This document shows positions 20,017 to 29,619 of a stretch of DNA of 41,354 nt, piece after piece. The notes below the pieces were generated by a model. The model did not search any database. It saw nothing but the letters and a program-made list of their open reading frames with translations, and was not told the origin of the DNA. Source of the stretch: Candidatus Krumholzibacteriia bacterium. Its GTDB lineage: Bacteria; Krumholzibacteriota; Krumholzibacteriia; WVZY01. The DNA lies in contig JAZGDW010000075.1 of NCBI GenBank assembly GCA_036478295.1, forward strand, positions 1-41,354. Direction: 5' to 3'. Numbering within the stretch: the stretch's first letter is position 1; the number at the start of each line of letters is the position of its first letter. The position numbers and the translations under genes are program-made.

Positions 20017-22734
20017 TCAAATATGCGCTTCGAGCCAGTTGCGGCCAAGCCCAATGTCGACCTTCAACGGTACACGGAGGGACATCGCGCCCTCCATCGC
20101 TTCGCGCACCAGCACGGTGACCTCGGGCACCTCCCTTTCGGGCGCTTCGAGGAGCAGTTCGTCGTGCACCTGGAGGATCATGCGGGCCTCCAGTCGCCTC
20201 TTCTCCAGCTCCGCGTCCAGCGTGACCATGGCCACCTTTATGATGTCCGCCGCCGTGCCCTGGATGGGCGTGTTCACCGCGACGCGTTGCGCGAAAGCCT
20301 GGGCGCGCCGGTCGCCGCTGTCGATGTCTGGCACCCGCCGCACGCGCCCGAGCAAGGTGGTCACCGCCTTCTCGCGCCGGGCACTCTCAATAGTGTCATC
20401 GATAAAACGTCTCACGCCAGGATAGTTTTCGAAATAATCATCGATGAACTTCCTGGCTTCCGACTGTTCGATGTCGAGTGCCTGCGCCAGCCCCCGCGCA
20501 CCCATGCCGTAGATGATCCCGAAATTGACCATCTTCGCGCGCGCCCGCATGGCGTCCGTAACCTCTGCCGGCGCGACCTTCATGACCCTGGCCGCGGTGC
20601 GCCGGTGCACGTCGTCGTCGTCCTCAAAAGCCTTGACCAGCTCCGCGTCCCGCGACAGGTGCGCCATGATGCGCAACTCGATTTGCGAATAGTCGGCGTC
20701 GATAAGCGTCCAGCCCTCCTCGCCCGCTACGAAGGCCTTGCGGATCTCCCGGCCGACCTCAGTGCGGATGGGAATGTTCTGCAGGTTGGGGCTGGAACTG
20801 GACAGCCTGCCCGTCGTGGTAATCGCCTGGTTGTACGACGTGTGCACGCGTCGGGTCGCGGGATGCACCAGCCTGGGAAGTGCATCGATATACGTGTTCT
20901 TCAACTTGCTGAGCGTCCGGTATTCGATGACCATCTCCGGCAGGACATGCTGCTCCGACAAACCTTTGAGGACCTCGATATCGGTCGAGTAACCGGTCTT
21001 GGTCTTGTGGGTCGGCTTGAGTCCCAGTTTCTTGAAGAGGATCTCCTGCAGGCGGGCGGTGGAGTTGATGTTGAATTCCTCACCCGCTTCCCGGTAGATC
21101 GAGCGTTCGATAGCCTTACATCTAGTCGACAGCTCCCCCGACAGGTCCTGCAAAATGGGTACGTCGAGCGCGACGCCCCGCATCTCCATCCGCGTCAGCA
21201 CGCGACTCAACGGCATCTCGACCTTTTCGAAGAGATCTTTCACCTGGGACGCCTGCAGGAGCGGCTGAAAATGGTGTTTGAGGCGTAGCGTGTAATCGGC
21301 GTCTTCGCACGCGTAGTCCGAGACGCGTTGCAGCCCGACCGTACGGATGTCTCTCCTTCGCGAACGGCCTTCGAAGAGCGACTTGAACGGGATCATCTTG
21401 TGCCCGAACACAACGGAGGCGAGATAATCCAGACCGTGACCGCGCTGGCCCGGGTCCAGGCAGTACGAGGCGAGCATGGTATCGAACGAGATGCCGGCCA
21501 GCTCGAAGCCGGCGTTCTCGAGTACGACCGCGTCATACTTTATGTTCTGGCCGATTTTCTTGACCGAGGCGTCCCGCAGTACCGGACCTAGAATATCCTT
21601 CACCGTCCCGGGCGGTAGTCCCGGCGCTTCCCGCGGCGACGTGAGCAGCGAGAGCTCGTCGTCGATCACGCTGTGCACCGGCACGTACCAGGCACGGCCT
21701 TCACCAACCGCCACCGAGATCCCAGCCAACACGGCGCGCATGGGATCCAGCGCGCTGGTCTCGACGTCGATCGCGAACTCGTCGCTCGCCTTGAGCGTAC
21801 GGGCCAGCTCGTGCAGCCGCTCTTCGGTGTCGACGAGACGGTAGTCGTAAGCGTCCCGGGTCGGTTCGGGGTCCGGAGGACCAAGGGCTTGCAGCATGCC
21901 GGAAAATTCCAGATCTTTCAGGAGAGCCTGGAGCTTTGCCGTATCGAACTGTTTGCGCGCCAGCTCGTCCAGTGATATGTCCATGGGTACGGATTGCTCG
22001 AGGCGCACGAGCTGTCTCGAGAGGTACGCCTGTTCTTTGCCCTTGATCAGTTTGTCCCGCAACGCCCCGGATCTTATCGACTCCAGGTTATCGAACGTGT
22101 TTTCCAACGTGCCGAATTCGTGAATCAGCTTGAGCGCGGTCTTCTCACCGACCCCCCTCACGCCCGGCACGTTGTCCGTCGCGTCCCCCATCAGCGCCTG
22201 GTAGTCCACGAACTGCTCCGGGTCGAGACCGCTCATCCCCTTCAGACGCTCGGGGTCGATTTCTTCGCCGAGCAGGCCGTCCTTGCCCGGGCGGATGACG
22301 TGTGTCGTGTCGCTGACGATCTGCAAGAGGTCCTTGTCACCGGACACCACCCGCACCGGGGTCTCCTCCCCCATCCTGGCCGCCAGCGTCGCGATGATAT
22401 CGTCCGCCTCGTAGCCCGGCATGGACAGGAACGGGATGGACATCGCCTCCAGCACCGATTGAATCTTCGGCAGCTGCTCGGCTAGCGATTCGGGCATGCT
22501 CGGCCGGTTGGCTTTGTAGTCGGTGAAAAGCTCGTGACGGAATGTCGGCCCCTCGCTGTCGAACACCACGGCGATGTGTGAGGGGTCGAACTTTTCCAGG
22601 ATCGTCAGGATGGTCTTTGTGAAACCGAACACCGCGCTGGTTTCCTCGCCCTTGGAATTCACCAGCGGCCTGCGGATGAACGCATAGTACGAGCGATACG
22701 CGAGCGCGTGCCCGTCCACCAGGAACAGCGACAT
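20017..22734 (-). CDS. polA: DNA polymerase I
   Basis: 5'-3' exonuclease (LVDGH, YKANR, EADD), 3'-5' exonuclease with acidic residues intact (DVET, NIKYD, YACED) and polymerase motifs (DYSQIELR, KMVNFGIIYG, QVHDE). Confidence 0.98.
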   Translation of the reverse strand: MSLFLVDGHALAYRSYYAFIRRPLVNSKGEETSAVFGFTKTILTILEKFDPSHIAVVFDSEGPTFRHELFTDYKANRPSMPESLAEQLPKIQSVLEAMSIPFLSMPGYEADDIIATLAARMGEETPVRVVSGDKDLLQIVSDTTHVIRPGKDGLLGEEIDPERLKGMSGLDPEQFVDYQALMGDATDNVPGVRGVGEKTALKLIHEFGTLENTFDNLESIRSGALRDKLIKGKEQAYLSRQLVRLEQSVPMDISLDELARKQFDTAKLQALLKDLEFSGMLQALGPPDPEPTRDAYDYRLVDTEERLHELARTLKASDEFAIDVETSALDPMRAVLAGISVAVGEGRAWYVPVHSVIDDELSLLTSPREAPGLPPGTVKDILGPVLRDASVKKIGQNIKYDAVVLENAGFELAGISFDTMLASYCLDPGQRGHGLDYLASVVFGHKMIPFKSLFEGRSRRRDIRTVGLQRVSDYACEDADYTLRLKHHFQPLLQASQVKDLFEKVEMPLSRVLTRMEMRGVALDVPILQDLSGELSTRCKAIERSIYREAGEEFNINSTARLQEILFKKLGLKPTHKTKTGYSTDIEVLKGLSEQHVLPEMVIEYRTLSKLKNTYIDALPRLVHPATRRVHTSYNQAITTTGRLSSSSPNLQNIPIRTEVGREIRKAFVAGEEGWTLIDADYSQIELRIMAHLSRDAELVKAFEDDDDVHRRTAARVMKVAPAEVTDAMRARAKMVNFGIIYGMGARGLAQALDIEQSEARKFIDDYFENYPGVRRFIDDTIESARREKAVTTLLGRVRRVPDIDSGDRRAQAFAQRVAVNTPIQGTAADIIKVAMVTLDAELEKRRLEARMILQVHDELLLEAPEREVPEVTVLVREAMEGAMSLRVPLKVDIGLGRNWLEAHI

Positions 22735-22776
22735 TCAGATTCTCTCCCCGTGGAAGCGGATACCACGTGGAAACTA

Positions 22777-23352
22777 TCAGCTATAGAGGGAATTGTCTAA
22801 AATAAACTTGTGGACCATTTTGGGGACGAGCGCGTCGATCGGCTTGCCGTCACGCACCCGTTGCCGGATACTGCTGGACGAAATGTCGAGCACCGGTTCC
22901 TCGAAAATAACCACCGAGGCCTCGCCCGCGACGGGCACCGCGGGTGGATAACCCGGCCGCGGAAAAACCACCAGCGTCGCGCGCTCGAGTATCGACTCCG
23001 GGGATTTCCAGTCGGGCAGATCGCGGACGCTGTCCGCCCCAAGAATGAGAAAAATCTCGTCGTCGTGTTGCCGCCGGTAGAGGTCGAGCAGCTCGACCGT
23101 GTACGACGGCCCACGCTGCGACTCTTCCAGCCGTGACAGGTCGAGGCCCGGTTGATCCGAGATGGCGAGCTCGACCATCTCGAGGCGCACGGCGTACGGA
23201 CTGAGCCCGGTCGGCTCCTTGTGCGGCGGTTCGGGGGCGGGCATGAACAGTACCCTGTCCAACGGAATCCGCTCCAGCGCGGCCCGCGCCATGGCGAGGT
23301 GGGCGTTGTGCGGTGGGTCGAAGGTGCCACCGAGTATTCCGACGCGTTCCAT
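22777..23352 (-). CDS. nadD: nicotinate-nucleotide adenylyltransferase
   Basis: GGTFDPPHNAH, PPHK, SYTV, LILGADS and ISSSSIR motifs. Confidence 0.96.
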   Translation of the reverse strand: MERVGILGGTFDPPHNAHLAMARAALERIPLDRVLFMPAPEPPHKEPTGLSPYAVRLEMVELAISDQPGLDLSRLEESQRGPSYTVELLDLYRRQHDDEIFLILGADSVRDLPDWKSPESILERATLVVFPRPGYPPAVPVAGEASVVIFEEPVLDISSSSIRQRVRDGKPIDALVPKMVHKFILDNSLYS

Positions 23353-23353
23353 G

Positions 23354-24142
23354 TCAGTTTCCGCGCAGCTGCCCCATCAGGATAGTGGCCTCCGCTTTTA
23401 CGTCCAGGTCGTCCGGGTAGGCCAGCACTTGGGATAACAGACGGATCGCATCGTCCTCCCGCCCGCGCTCGATATCGATTATCGCCTTGTGGTACAGCGC
23501 CCTCACCCAGAATTCGTTGTCGCGATACTCGCTGATAATCTTGTCGAGATAGATGAGCGCCGAATCGACGCGTTTGCGCCCTATGTAAAACAAGGCGGCC
23601 GCCAGTTCCTTCTCGGCGAGTACCCTCTTGATGATATTGATATGCTCGACCGCAACGGGCATGAGCGAACTCCGCGGGAATATCTGGACAAAGCGCTCGA
23701 GCTTCGACAACGCGTCACGGTTCTTGCTCTGATCCAGCACCGACTTGGGAGCCTGTTTGTGGAGGCACAACGCCTCCTTGAGGTAGCCGTCATCGACGTA
23801 TTCGCTGTACCCGTAGTTCGTCACCAGGATGCGGTACTCCACCGCGGCCAGAGCGTAGTCCTTGTCGGCAAAGTAACTCTCTCCCAGCATGAATTGCGCA
23901 TAGTCACTGCGGTCGTGGCCGGGGTGCCGGGCGAGAAACGCCTTGTAGAGTTCCCCTGACTGATAGTACTTGCCCTGCTGGAAGTGCACATCACCGCTCT
24001 TCAGTATGTCGTCGGGGGAATTGGGTATCTGCGGCATGCCGGCAACACACCCGAACAGGAATGGCAGGAGACAGCAGACCCAGGCTAAAGATTTTCTCTT
24101 CCTGAGAAACCTACGGGTATGTTCGCATGAAGGATTGTTCAT
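23354..24142 (-). CDS. bamD: outer membrane assembly lipoprotein BamD
   Basis: Lipobox LFGC, TPR repeats, LDQSK, FPRS and LAEKELAAALFY, characteristic of BamD/YfiO. Confidence 0.88.
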   Translation of the reverse strand: MNNPSCEHTRRFLRKRKSLAWVCCLLPFLFGCVAGMPQIPNSPDDILKSGDVHFQQGKYYQSGELYKAFLARHPGHDRSDYAQFMLGESYFADKDYALAAVEYRILVTNYGYSEYVDDGYLKEALCLHKQAPKSVLDQSKNRDALSKLERFVQIFPRSSLMPVAVEHINIIKRVLAEKELAAALFYIGRKRVDSALIYLDKIISEYRDNEFWVRALYHKAIIDIERGREDDAIRLLSQVLAYPDDLDVKAEATILMGQLRGN

Positions 24143-24171
24143 CTCGCGGTTGAATCACAAACAATTCGTTC

Positions 24172-25122
24172 TCAGATGAGTCCGGAATCGCGGAACGCAT
24201 TGATCTTCTCCCGCGCCCTTTCGACTATTCTGCCCGACGCGCCCCGATCCTTGTCGATGATCTCTTTGTACTGCGCGTAGGCGTTCTCGTAATCTCCCAA
24301 CCGCTCATACGCTTCACCGAGCAGGAAGCGCGCACGCTGCACGAAAGACCGGTTATCCGTGCGCTCCAGCAGCGCCGTCGTTTGTTCCACGACTGTCTCG
24401 TAATTGCCGCGCATGAACTCGGCGTGCGCGCTAGCGTACAACAGGTTTACCAGCTTGTAACGCGCCCTGACCGAATAAGCGCCCTTCGGAAACCTGGCCA
24501 GCTCTTCTTCCAGAACCGCTATCGCCGCCATCGAATCGACCATCGAGATATGGCATTGGGCAAGATTGAAATAGGCCTTCTCCGCCGCCGACGTGTCCGG
24601 CCATTCCACAACGGCCGCACCGTAGAAATCCGCCGCCTGAGAAAACGCCTTCTCGTCGAAATATGCGTCCGCGACAGCGTACTTGTAAACACCGAGCTCG
24701 ATGTCGGGGTCGAAGTCGGCCGCCTGCCGCAGCCGGTTGGCCGCCCTCCTCTGACCTTTTTCGACAGCCGCCCTGCCCGCGCCGAGCAGCTTGGCCGCAG
24801 CCTGCCCCGCCAGCGACGAGTCCCGTTCCACCGCTTCGTGGAACATGCGGAAGGACTCGTAATCTCTGCCGACCTCGATGAGCGCGGCGCCGTAGTAGTA
24901 GTAGACCTCCCCAGCGTGAATGCCGTTGCGGAACGCGTGCTCGCAGAGGACCATCGTCTCCTCGTAGTTGTTCTCCGCCAGTGTGGCCCGTATCTTTGCG
25001 ATCGCCTTGCTCTCCTTCGAGCAACCCGTGCCAACAGCCACGAGCAGCGTGCAGGCCAGCATCGCTCCGGCGATCCCGGCCGCCGCCCTGGACATTCCTT
25101 GTAAGCGCACCTTCATGAGCAT
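24172..25122 (-). CDS. TPR-repeat lipoprotein of unknown function
   Basis: Hydrophobic stretch ending GTGC-SKE (lipobox-like) and several TPRs (ARFLLGEAYERLGDYENA). Start moved to 25122 so it does not overlap the upstream gene; exact start uncertain. Confidence 0.75.
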   Translation of the reverse strand: MLMKVRLQGMSRAAAGIAGAMLACTLLVAVGTGCSKESKAIAKIRATLAENNYEETMVLCEHAFRNGIHAGEVYYYYGAALIEVGRDYESFRMFHEAVERDSSLAGQAAAKLLGAGRAAVEKGQRRAANRLRQAADFDPDIELGVYKYAVADAYFDEKAFSQAADFYGAAVVEWPDTSAAEKAYFNLAQCHISMVDSMAAIAVLEEELARFPKGAYSVRARYKLVNLLYASAHAEFMRGNYETVVEQTTALLERTDNRSFVQRARFLLGEAYERLGDYENAYAQYKEIIDKDRGASGRIVERAREKINAFRDSGLI

Positions 25123-25129
25123 TGGAGAA

Positions 25130-25810
25130 CTAGTTGTCGTTCTGGTTCGAGAAGAACAGGTAGATGAGCCCCACGATGATACCGCTGACCACCACCGGTT
25201 CAACGACCCTTCCCCATCGCGTGGACGAGTGCGGAGGTTTCGTGAACTCGAGAAGACCTGCTTCAACCTGAGGCAGCAACCCGGCCGCGAATTGATCGTC
25301 GTGAGCCCGCGACGCTTCTCCGATCCACACCACAGACTCGTCGCGCGGATCGACCAGCTTGACGAGTAATGCGACGTTCGCCCGGCGCTTGACCTTTTTG
25401 CCCCCAATGAGATGGGACCGGTATTCCTTCGGGTAGATCAGGCTGAAATCCAGCGCCTGATATTCCAACCGCATTCCGCGCGTTGACCGCCCCGCCACGG
25501 CGCTGCTGTCGTTTATCGCGTGGTCGGCCCTGGTCAGCACCCGGTGACCCCGTCTGGTGAGAATCCGGCTGAAGCCGTTGCTGATAAACTCGTAACGCTC
25601 GTTCCGCGTATATGGCGCCAGGATAAAGGACCGGTCCTCAGGGCCGGCCGGCATGCGTGTAATCAATTCCTCTATGACTTCGTTGGTGAGCCGGGTCATC
25701 AACTCGAGGTTGGTCATTACCGGCTCCTGGGCCCGCACGGTGCCGGACAGCAGCACGACGCCTGCCGCCACAGCGGTCACAAAGGGAGCACGACGCCGCA
25801 ACAAAAACAT
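25130..25810 (-). CDS. exported hypothetical protein with C-terminal hydrophobic helix
   Basis: GGAGG RBS before ATG 25810; signal peptide ending VRA-QE; C-terminal EPVVVSGIIVGLIYLFFSN. Confidence 0.7.
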   Translation of the reverse strand: MFLLRRRAPFVTAVAAGVVLLSGTVRAQEPVMTNLELMTRLTNEVIEELITRMPAGPEDRSFILAPYTRNERYEFISNGFSRILTRRGHRVLTRADHAINDSSAVAGRSTRGMRLEYQALDFSLIYPKEYRSHLIGGKKVKRRANVALLVKLVDPRDESVVWIGEASRAHDDQFAAGLLPQVEAGLLEFTKPPHSSTRWGRVVEPVVVSGIIVGLIYLFFSNQNDN

Positions 25811-25877
25811 TCTTCCTCCGGAATCAAGGTTGCCTATAGATAACGAAATCAGCAGGGGGTGGTCAAGTGCAATAAAC

Positions 25878-27209
25878 TCAAAGAACTTCGCCCTTGAGGT
25901 CTGTAATGTCCGAATCGATGATCCGCACATCTACGAAGTCCCCGACGGCGATGTCGTCCCCGGTAAGGAACACCTCGCCGTCCACTTCGAACGCCTGCCC
26001 GTAGTAGCGTCCCGCATACGCGCAGTCCGGGTAGACGGGGGCCGGCTCCTCGAGCCGGCGGTCGACCAGCACGCGGTGAACGCGGTGCCGCTCCCGTCCG
26101 TACAGGCCGAAGGCCGACGCGTCCTGAACGGTGGCGAGCTCGGCCGCTCGTTCGGCCTTGACTGCCGCCGTGACCTGTCCATCCATCCCCGCCGCCGGCG
26201 TGCCGGGCTCGGGAGAATAGGTGAAGATGCCCAGCGAAGAAAACTCCATCGATTCGACGAACCGTTTCAGTGTATCGAAATCGTCCTCGTCTTCACCGGG
26301 GAATCCGACTATGACTTCGCTGCGCAACCTGACGTCCGGAAATTCCTCGCGGATCGCGCCGAATACCGTTTCGAGCCGTTCACGCGAATAGGGCCGCCGC
26401 ATACGTTTCAACACCCTGTCGGACGCGTGCTGTACCGGGCATTCGAGGTAGCGGCACACGGCGGTGTGCGAAAACAACCTGCGGGCCAGCGCAGGCGTCA
26501 AGGAACCGGGGTGCACGTACAAGATGCGAACCCAGTCGATGCCCGTCCGGACAATGGCGTCGACGAGATCTGAAAGACGCGTCCCGTCCGCGTAGTACGA
26601 TGTGATGTCCTGAGCCAGCAGCGCAATTTCCCGGACCCCCGCGGCCACGAGGTTCTCGACCTCACGCACGACCGAGTCCGGTTTTCGTGATACCATCCCG
26701 CCGCGTATCGTGGGGATCGCGCAAAACGTGCAGTCTCGGCTGCAGCCCTCTGCGATTTTCACGTAGGCGGTGTGTCCCGGCGTCAGCAGCCGGCGTTGTT
26801 CAAAACCGGCGAACGGGTCTGTGTGCACCGGCGAGGCGGCCCCGGTCGTGCCCGCCTCGCCGCACCACGTCGAGACCAGGGAAGCCAGACGCCCTTGTGC
26901 GCCCGGCGGCAGAAACTGGTCCACTTCGGGCAATGTCGCACGGAGGTCCTCCGCCCGGTGGCGGGGAAGGCACCCGGTCAGGATGAGCTTTTTCGATGCG
27001 CACTCGCGCTTGAACCCGGCCAGCCGGTGCACCTCCTCCACCGTTTCCTGCCACGCGGCGTCGAGGAACGAGCACGCGTTGACAATGAGGAGCTCTGCGT
27101 CCTCGGGATTCGCGGTTATCGTGCAGCCCACCCCGCGCAGGAGTGACAGGCACGCCTCCGTGTCGACGAGATTCTTCGGGCACCCCATACTTGTCATGTA
27201 TGTTCTCAT
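25878..27209 (-). CDS. rimO: ribosomal protein S12 methylthiotransferase
   Basis: GCPKNLVDTE, NACSF, TGCL, radical SAM CxxxCxxC (CSRDCTFC), IVGFPGE and TRAM domain with EVDG. Confidence 0.93.
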   Translation of the reverse strand: MRTYMTSMGCPKNLVDTEACLSLLRGVGCTITANPEDAELLIVNACSFLDAAWQETVEEVHRLAGFKRECASKKLILTGCLPRHRAEDLRATLPEVDQFLPPGAQGRLASLVSTWCGEAGTTGAASPVHTDPFAGFEQRRLLTPGHTAYVKIAEGCSRDCTFCAIPTIRGGMVSRKPDSVVREVENLVAAGVREIALLAQDITSYYADGTRLSDLVDAIVRTGIDWVRILYVHPGSLTPALARRLFSHTAVCRYLECPVQHASDRVLKRMRRPYSRERLETVFGAIREEFPDVRLRSEVIVGFPGEDEDDFDTLKRFVESMEFSSLGIFTYSPEPGTPAAGMDGQVTAAVKAERAAELATVQDASAFGLYGRERHRVHRVLVDRRLEEPAPVYPDCAYAGRYYGQAFEVDGEVFLTGDDIAVGDFVDVRIIDSDITDLKGEVL

Positions 27210-29473
27210 GAACCGTCGTACCCCATCCCGCCGTCGATGTGCGGCGAGTGTTCTTCGCGAACCAGCACCTCACGCGGCTTGCTGCCGTCCGGCGGCCCGA
27301 CGATTCCCGATTCCTCGAGCTGGTCCAGCAGTCGCGCCGCGCGCGCATAACCCACGTGGAGCTTGCGCTGCAAGAGGGAGGTCGAGCCCTGCCGGTGACG
27401 AAGAACGATGCCCCTGGCGTCCTCGAAGTATGCGTCTCTCTCCTCTGCGGACACGGTGCCCGCCCGTTCTTCGAAGAGGTCGAGGTGGGATTCATCGTAC
27501 TCGTACTGTTTCCAATGGGCGACCAGGACCTGCAACTCCTCCTCCGACATCCACGCGCCGTGCAGCCGCAGCGCTTCGGGATGTTTCGCGTCGACGTACA
27601 ACATGTCGCCCATGCCGAGAAGCTTGTCGGCTCCGCCACAGTCGAGAATAGTCCGCGAGTCGACCCTGCTGGCCACGCGGAATGCAATGCGCGTCGGAAA
27701 GTTCGCTTTGGTCTTGCCGTCTATGATATCCACGGACGGGCGCTGGGTTGCAACGATCATATGGATACCCACGGCGCGAGCCATGTTCGACAGGCGGGAG
27801 AACAGCGTCTCGAAATCCGCCCCCTTGGTCAACACCAGGTCCGCCAGTTCGTCCACCACCAAAACGATATAGGGGAGTTTCGCCACCGTCCCCGCGGAGG
27901 GCTTGACCTTTTCCATGGCGATCTTCGTATTGAAGCTCTCGATGTTCTTGACCCCGTTCTCGTGCAGCAGGCGATTGCGGCGTTCCATTTCCCGTATCAG
28001 ATAGTGGAAAATACGGACCGCTTCGCGCGTATCCGTAACCACCGGGTGCAAGAGATGCGGTATGCCGTTGAATATGCTCATCTCCACCATCTTGGGGTCG
28101 ATGAGGATCAATCGCACGTCGCTCGGGCGGTATTGAAAGAGAATGCTGGCCAGGAAGCCGTTCAGCGAAACGCTCTTGCCGGACCCGGTCGTTCCCGCCA
28201 TCAGCAGGTGCGGGGCGGAACAGAGGTTCATGTGGAAAGGCTTGCCCATGGCATCCACCCCGACGGCGATCATGATTCCGCTGTAGCGCAGGCGTTCCGG
28301 GACCTCCTCCAGACAATCGCGCAGGTACACCATGGCCTGTTCGGGATTGGGGATTTCAATGCCCACGACGGCGCGACCGGGAATGGGCGCTATCAGTCGC
28401 AGGCTCCTCGCACGCATCGCCAGCGCCAGATCGTCCGAGCGGCTGACGATATCCTTGATCTTGACACCCGGTGCGGGCTCGAACTCGAACGTCGTGACCA
28501 TCGGGCCCTGGCTGACCGCGGTGACGTGGCCATGGATCCCGTAGTTGGCCAGCTTGTCGACGAGCACTTCCGTCCAGCTCTTCAGGTGATCGGACGAAAA
28601 CGCCGCACCCAACACACCGCCGGAAGCCAGGATTGATATCGGGGGCAGCTCCGCCTTGTCGAGCAGCGTCCCGCTGCCCGGCGTTTTAACCACCCGCGCG
28701 GGCCGGACGGCTCGCGACGGGCCCGCGACCCTTGTGGCGCTCACCGTGCGGAGCGGGGGTTCGTAAGTGGGCGCCAGCCAGGGCGTGTTGAAGTCGTCGC
28801 TGACGGTGGCGGCCCGTTCGTCCCGCGTGTCTGTGCCCCGCCTGGAGCGCGCCGTCGGGTCTAACGACGCCTCATGCCTGGAGCGCGCCCGCGTGCGCAC
28901 CCACTCCGCCGTGTTGTGGAATGCCGCGCGCCACCCGGCGAGGGCCACGATGGAGCGGCCGGGTGTTATCCTCAGTGCGCCCAGGGCCGCGCCGGCCAGG
29001 TAGCGGACCTCGGTCAGAAGCACCAGCATCAATAATGTGATGATCAGGATGCTGCCGCCGATCTCGCCGACAAACGACTCGATCACCCCGCCCACCGTCG
29101 AACCGATCGACCCGGTCACGCGCATCGACTCGCGGGTAAAGGGAACCAGTGAAAAGAACGTGCCGAGGAGCAGGACAATCACCAGCGACTTGGCCGCTAG
29201 TTTGGCCGCCGACCGGGCCTTGTCGACCAGCAGCCCCATGCTGAGCATCACCAGCGAGAGCGGGATCACCCACGCGAACAGCCGTCCAAGCAATCCGACG
29301 CTTGCATACGCCAGGCCGGAGCCCAGCGGACCGGACAGGTTGCTCACCTGGTCGAACGACGTCCCCTCTGCGAAGGGCCAATCACGGCTGCTGATCGTGG
29401 CGAACGCCACTGCCAGAAACGCGGCGAGAGCGAGAAAGGAAAGAGAAAAAAAGTATTTTGCGCTGCGATTCAT
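27206..29473 (-). CDS. ftsK: DNA translocase FtsK
   Basis: N-terminal TM segments, APIPGRAVVGIEIPN, GTTGSGKS, VVDELADL, ATQRPS and gamma domain LQRKLHVGYARAARL. Confidence 0.97.
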   Translation of the reverse strand: MNRSAKYFFSLSFLALAAFLAVAFATISSRDWPFAEGTSFDQVSNLSGPLGSGLAYASVGLLGRLFAWVIPLSLVMLSMGLLVDKARSAAKLAAKSLVIVLLLGTFFSLVPFTRESMRVTGSIGSTVGGVIESFVGEIGGSILIITLLMLVLLTEVRYLAGAALGALRITPGRSIVALAGWRAAFHNTAEWVRTRARSRHEASLDPTARSRRGTDTRDERAATVSDDFNTPWLAPTYEPPLRTVSATRVAGPSRAVRPARVVKTPGSGTLLDKAELPPISILASGGVLGAAFSSDHLKSWTEVLVDKLANYGIHGHVTAVSQGPMVTTFEFEPAPGVKIKDIVSRSDDLALAMRARSLRLIAPIPGRAVVGIEIPNPEQAMVYLRDCLEEVPERLRYSGIMIAVGVDAMGKPFHMNLCSAPHLLMAGTTGSGKSVSLNGFLASILFQYRPSDVRLILIDPKMVEMSIFNGIPHLLHPVVTDTREAVRIFHYLIREMERRNRLLHENGVKNIESFNTKIAMEKVKPSAGTVAKLPYIVLVVDELADLVLTKGADFETLFSRLSNMARAVGIHMIVATQRPSVDIIDGKTKANFPTRIAFRVASRVDSRTILDCGGADKLLGMGDMLYVDAKHPEALRLHGAWMSEEELQVLVAHWKQYEYDESHLDLFEERAGTVSAEERDAYFEDARGIVLRHRQGSTSLLQRKLHVGYARAARLLDQLEESGIVGPPDGSKPREVLVREEHSPHIDGGMGYDGS

Positions 29474-29587
29474 CGTACCGTGCCCCGAAGGATGCGAGCG
29501 AGGAGCCTGGACCGGCCTCGCCGCCGCGCGGCAGCTGCGGTCACGACCGACGTCCCAGCGGGCGGCGGATCGCCGGGCCGGCAGCGC

Positions 29588-29596
29588 ATTCTAGCA
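29588..29596 (-). promoter_or_regulatory. extended -10 promoter upstream of ftsK
   Basis: TGC-TAGAAT on the minus strand (TGn-TAnnnT); the -35 is weak. Confidence 0.55.
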
Positions 29597-29619
29597 CCAA
29601 ACACCGGCGGTCCTACCAC

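Noticed and set aside
29508..29582. tRNA gene call for the 75-nt CCA-ending element
   Set aside because: It lacks T-loop and D-loop consensus and a 7-nt anticodon loop; kept only as a structured-leader candidate.
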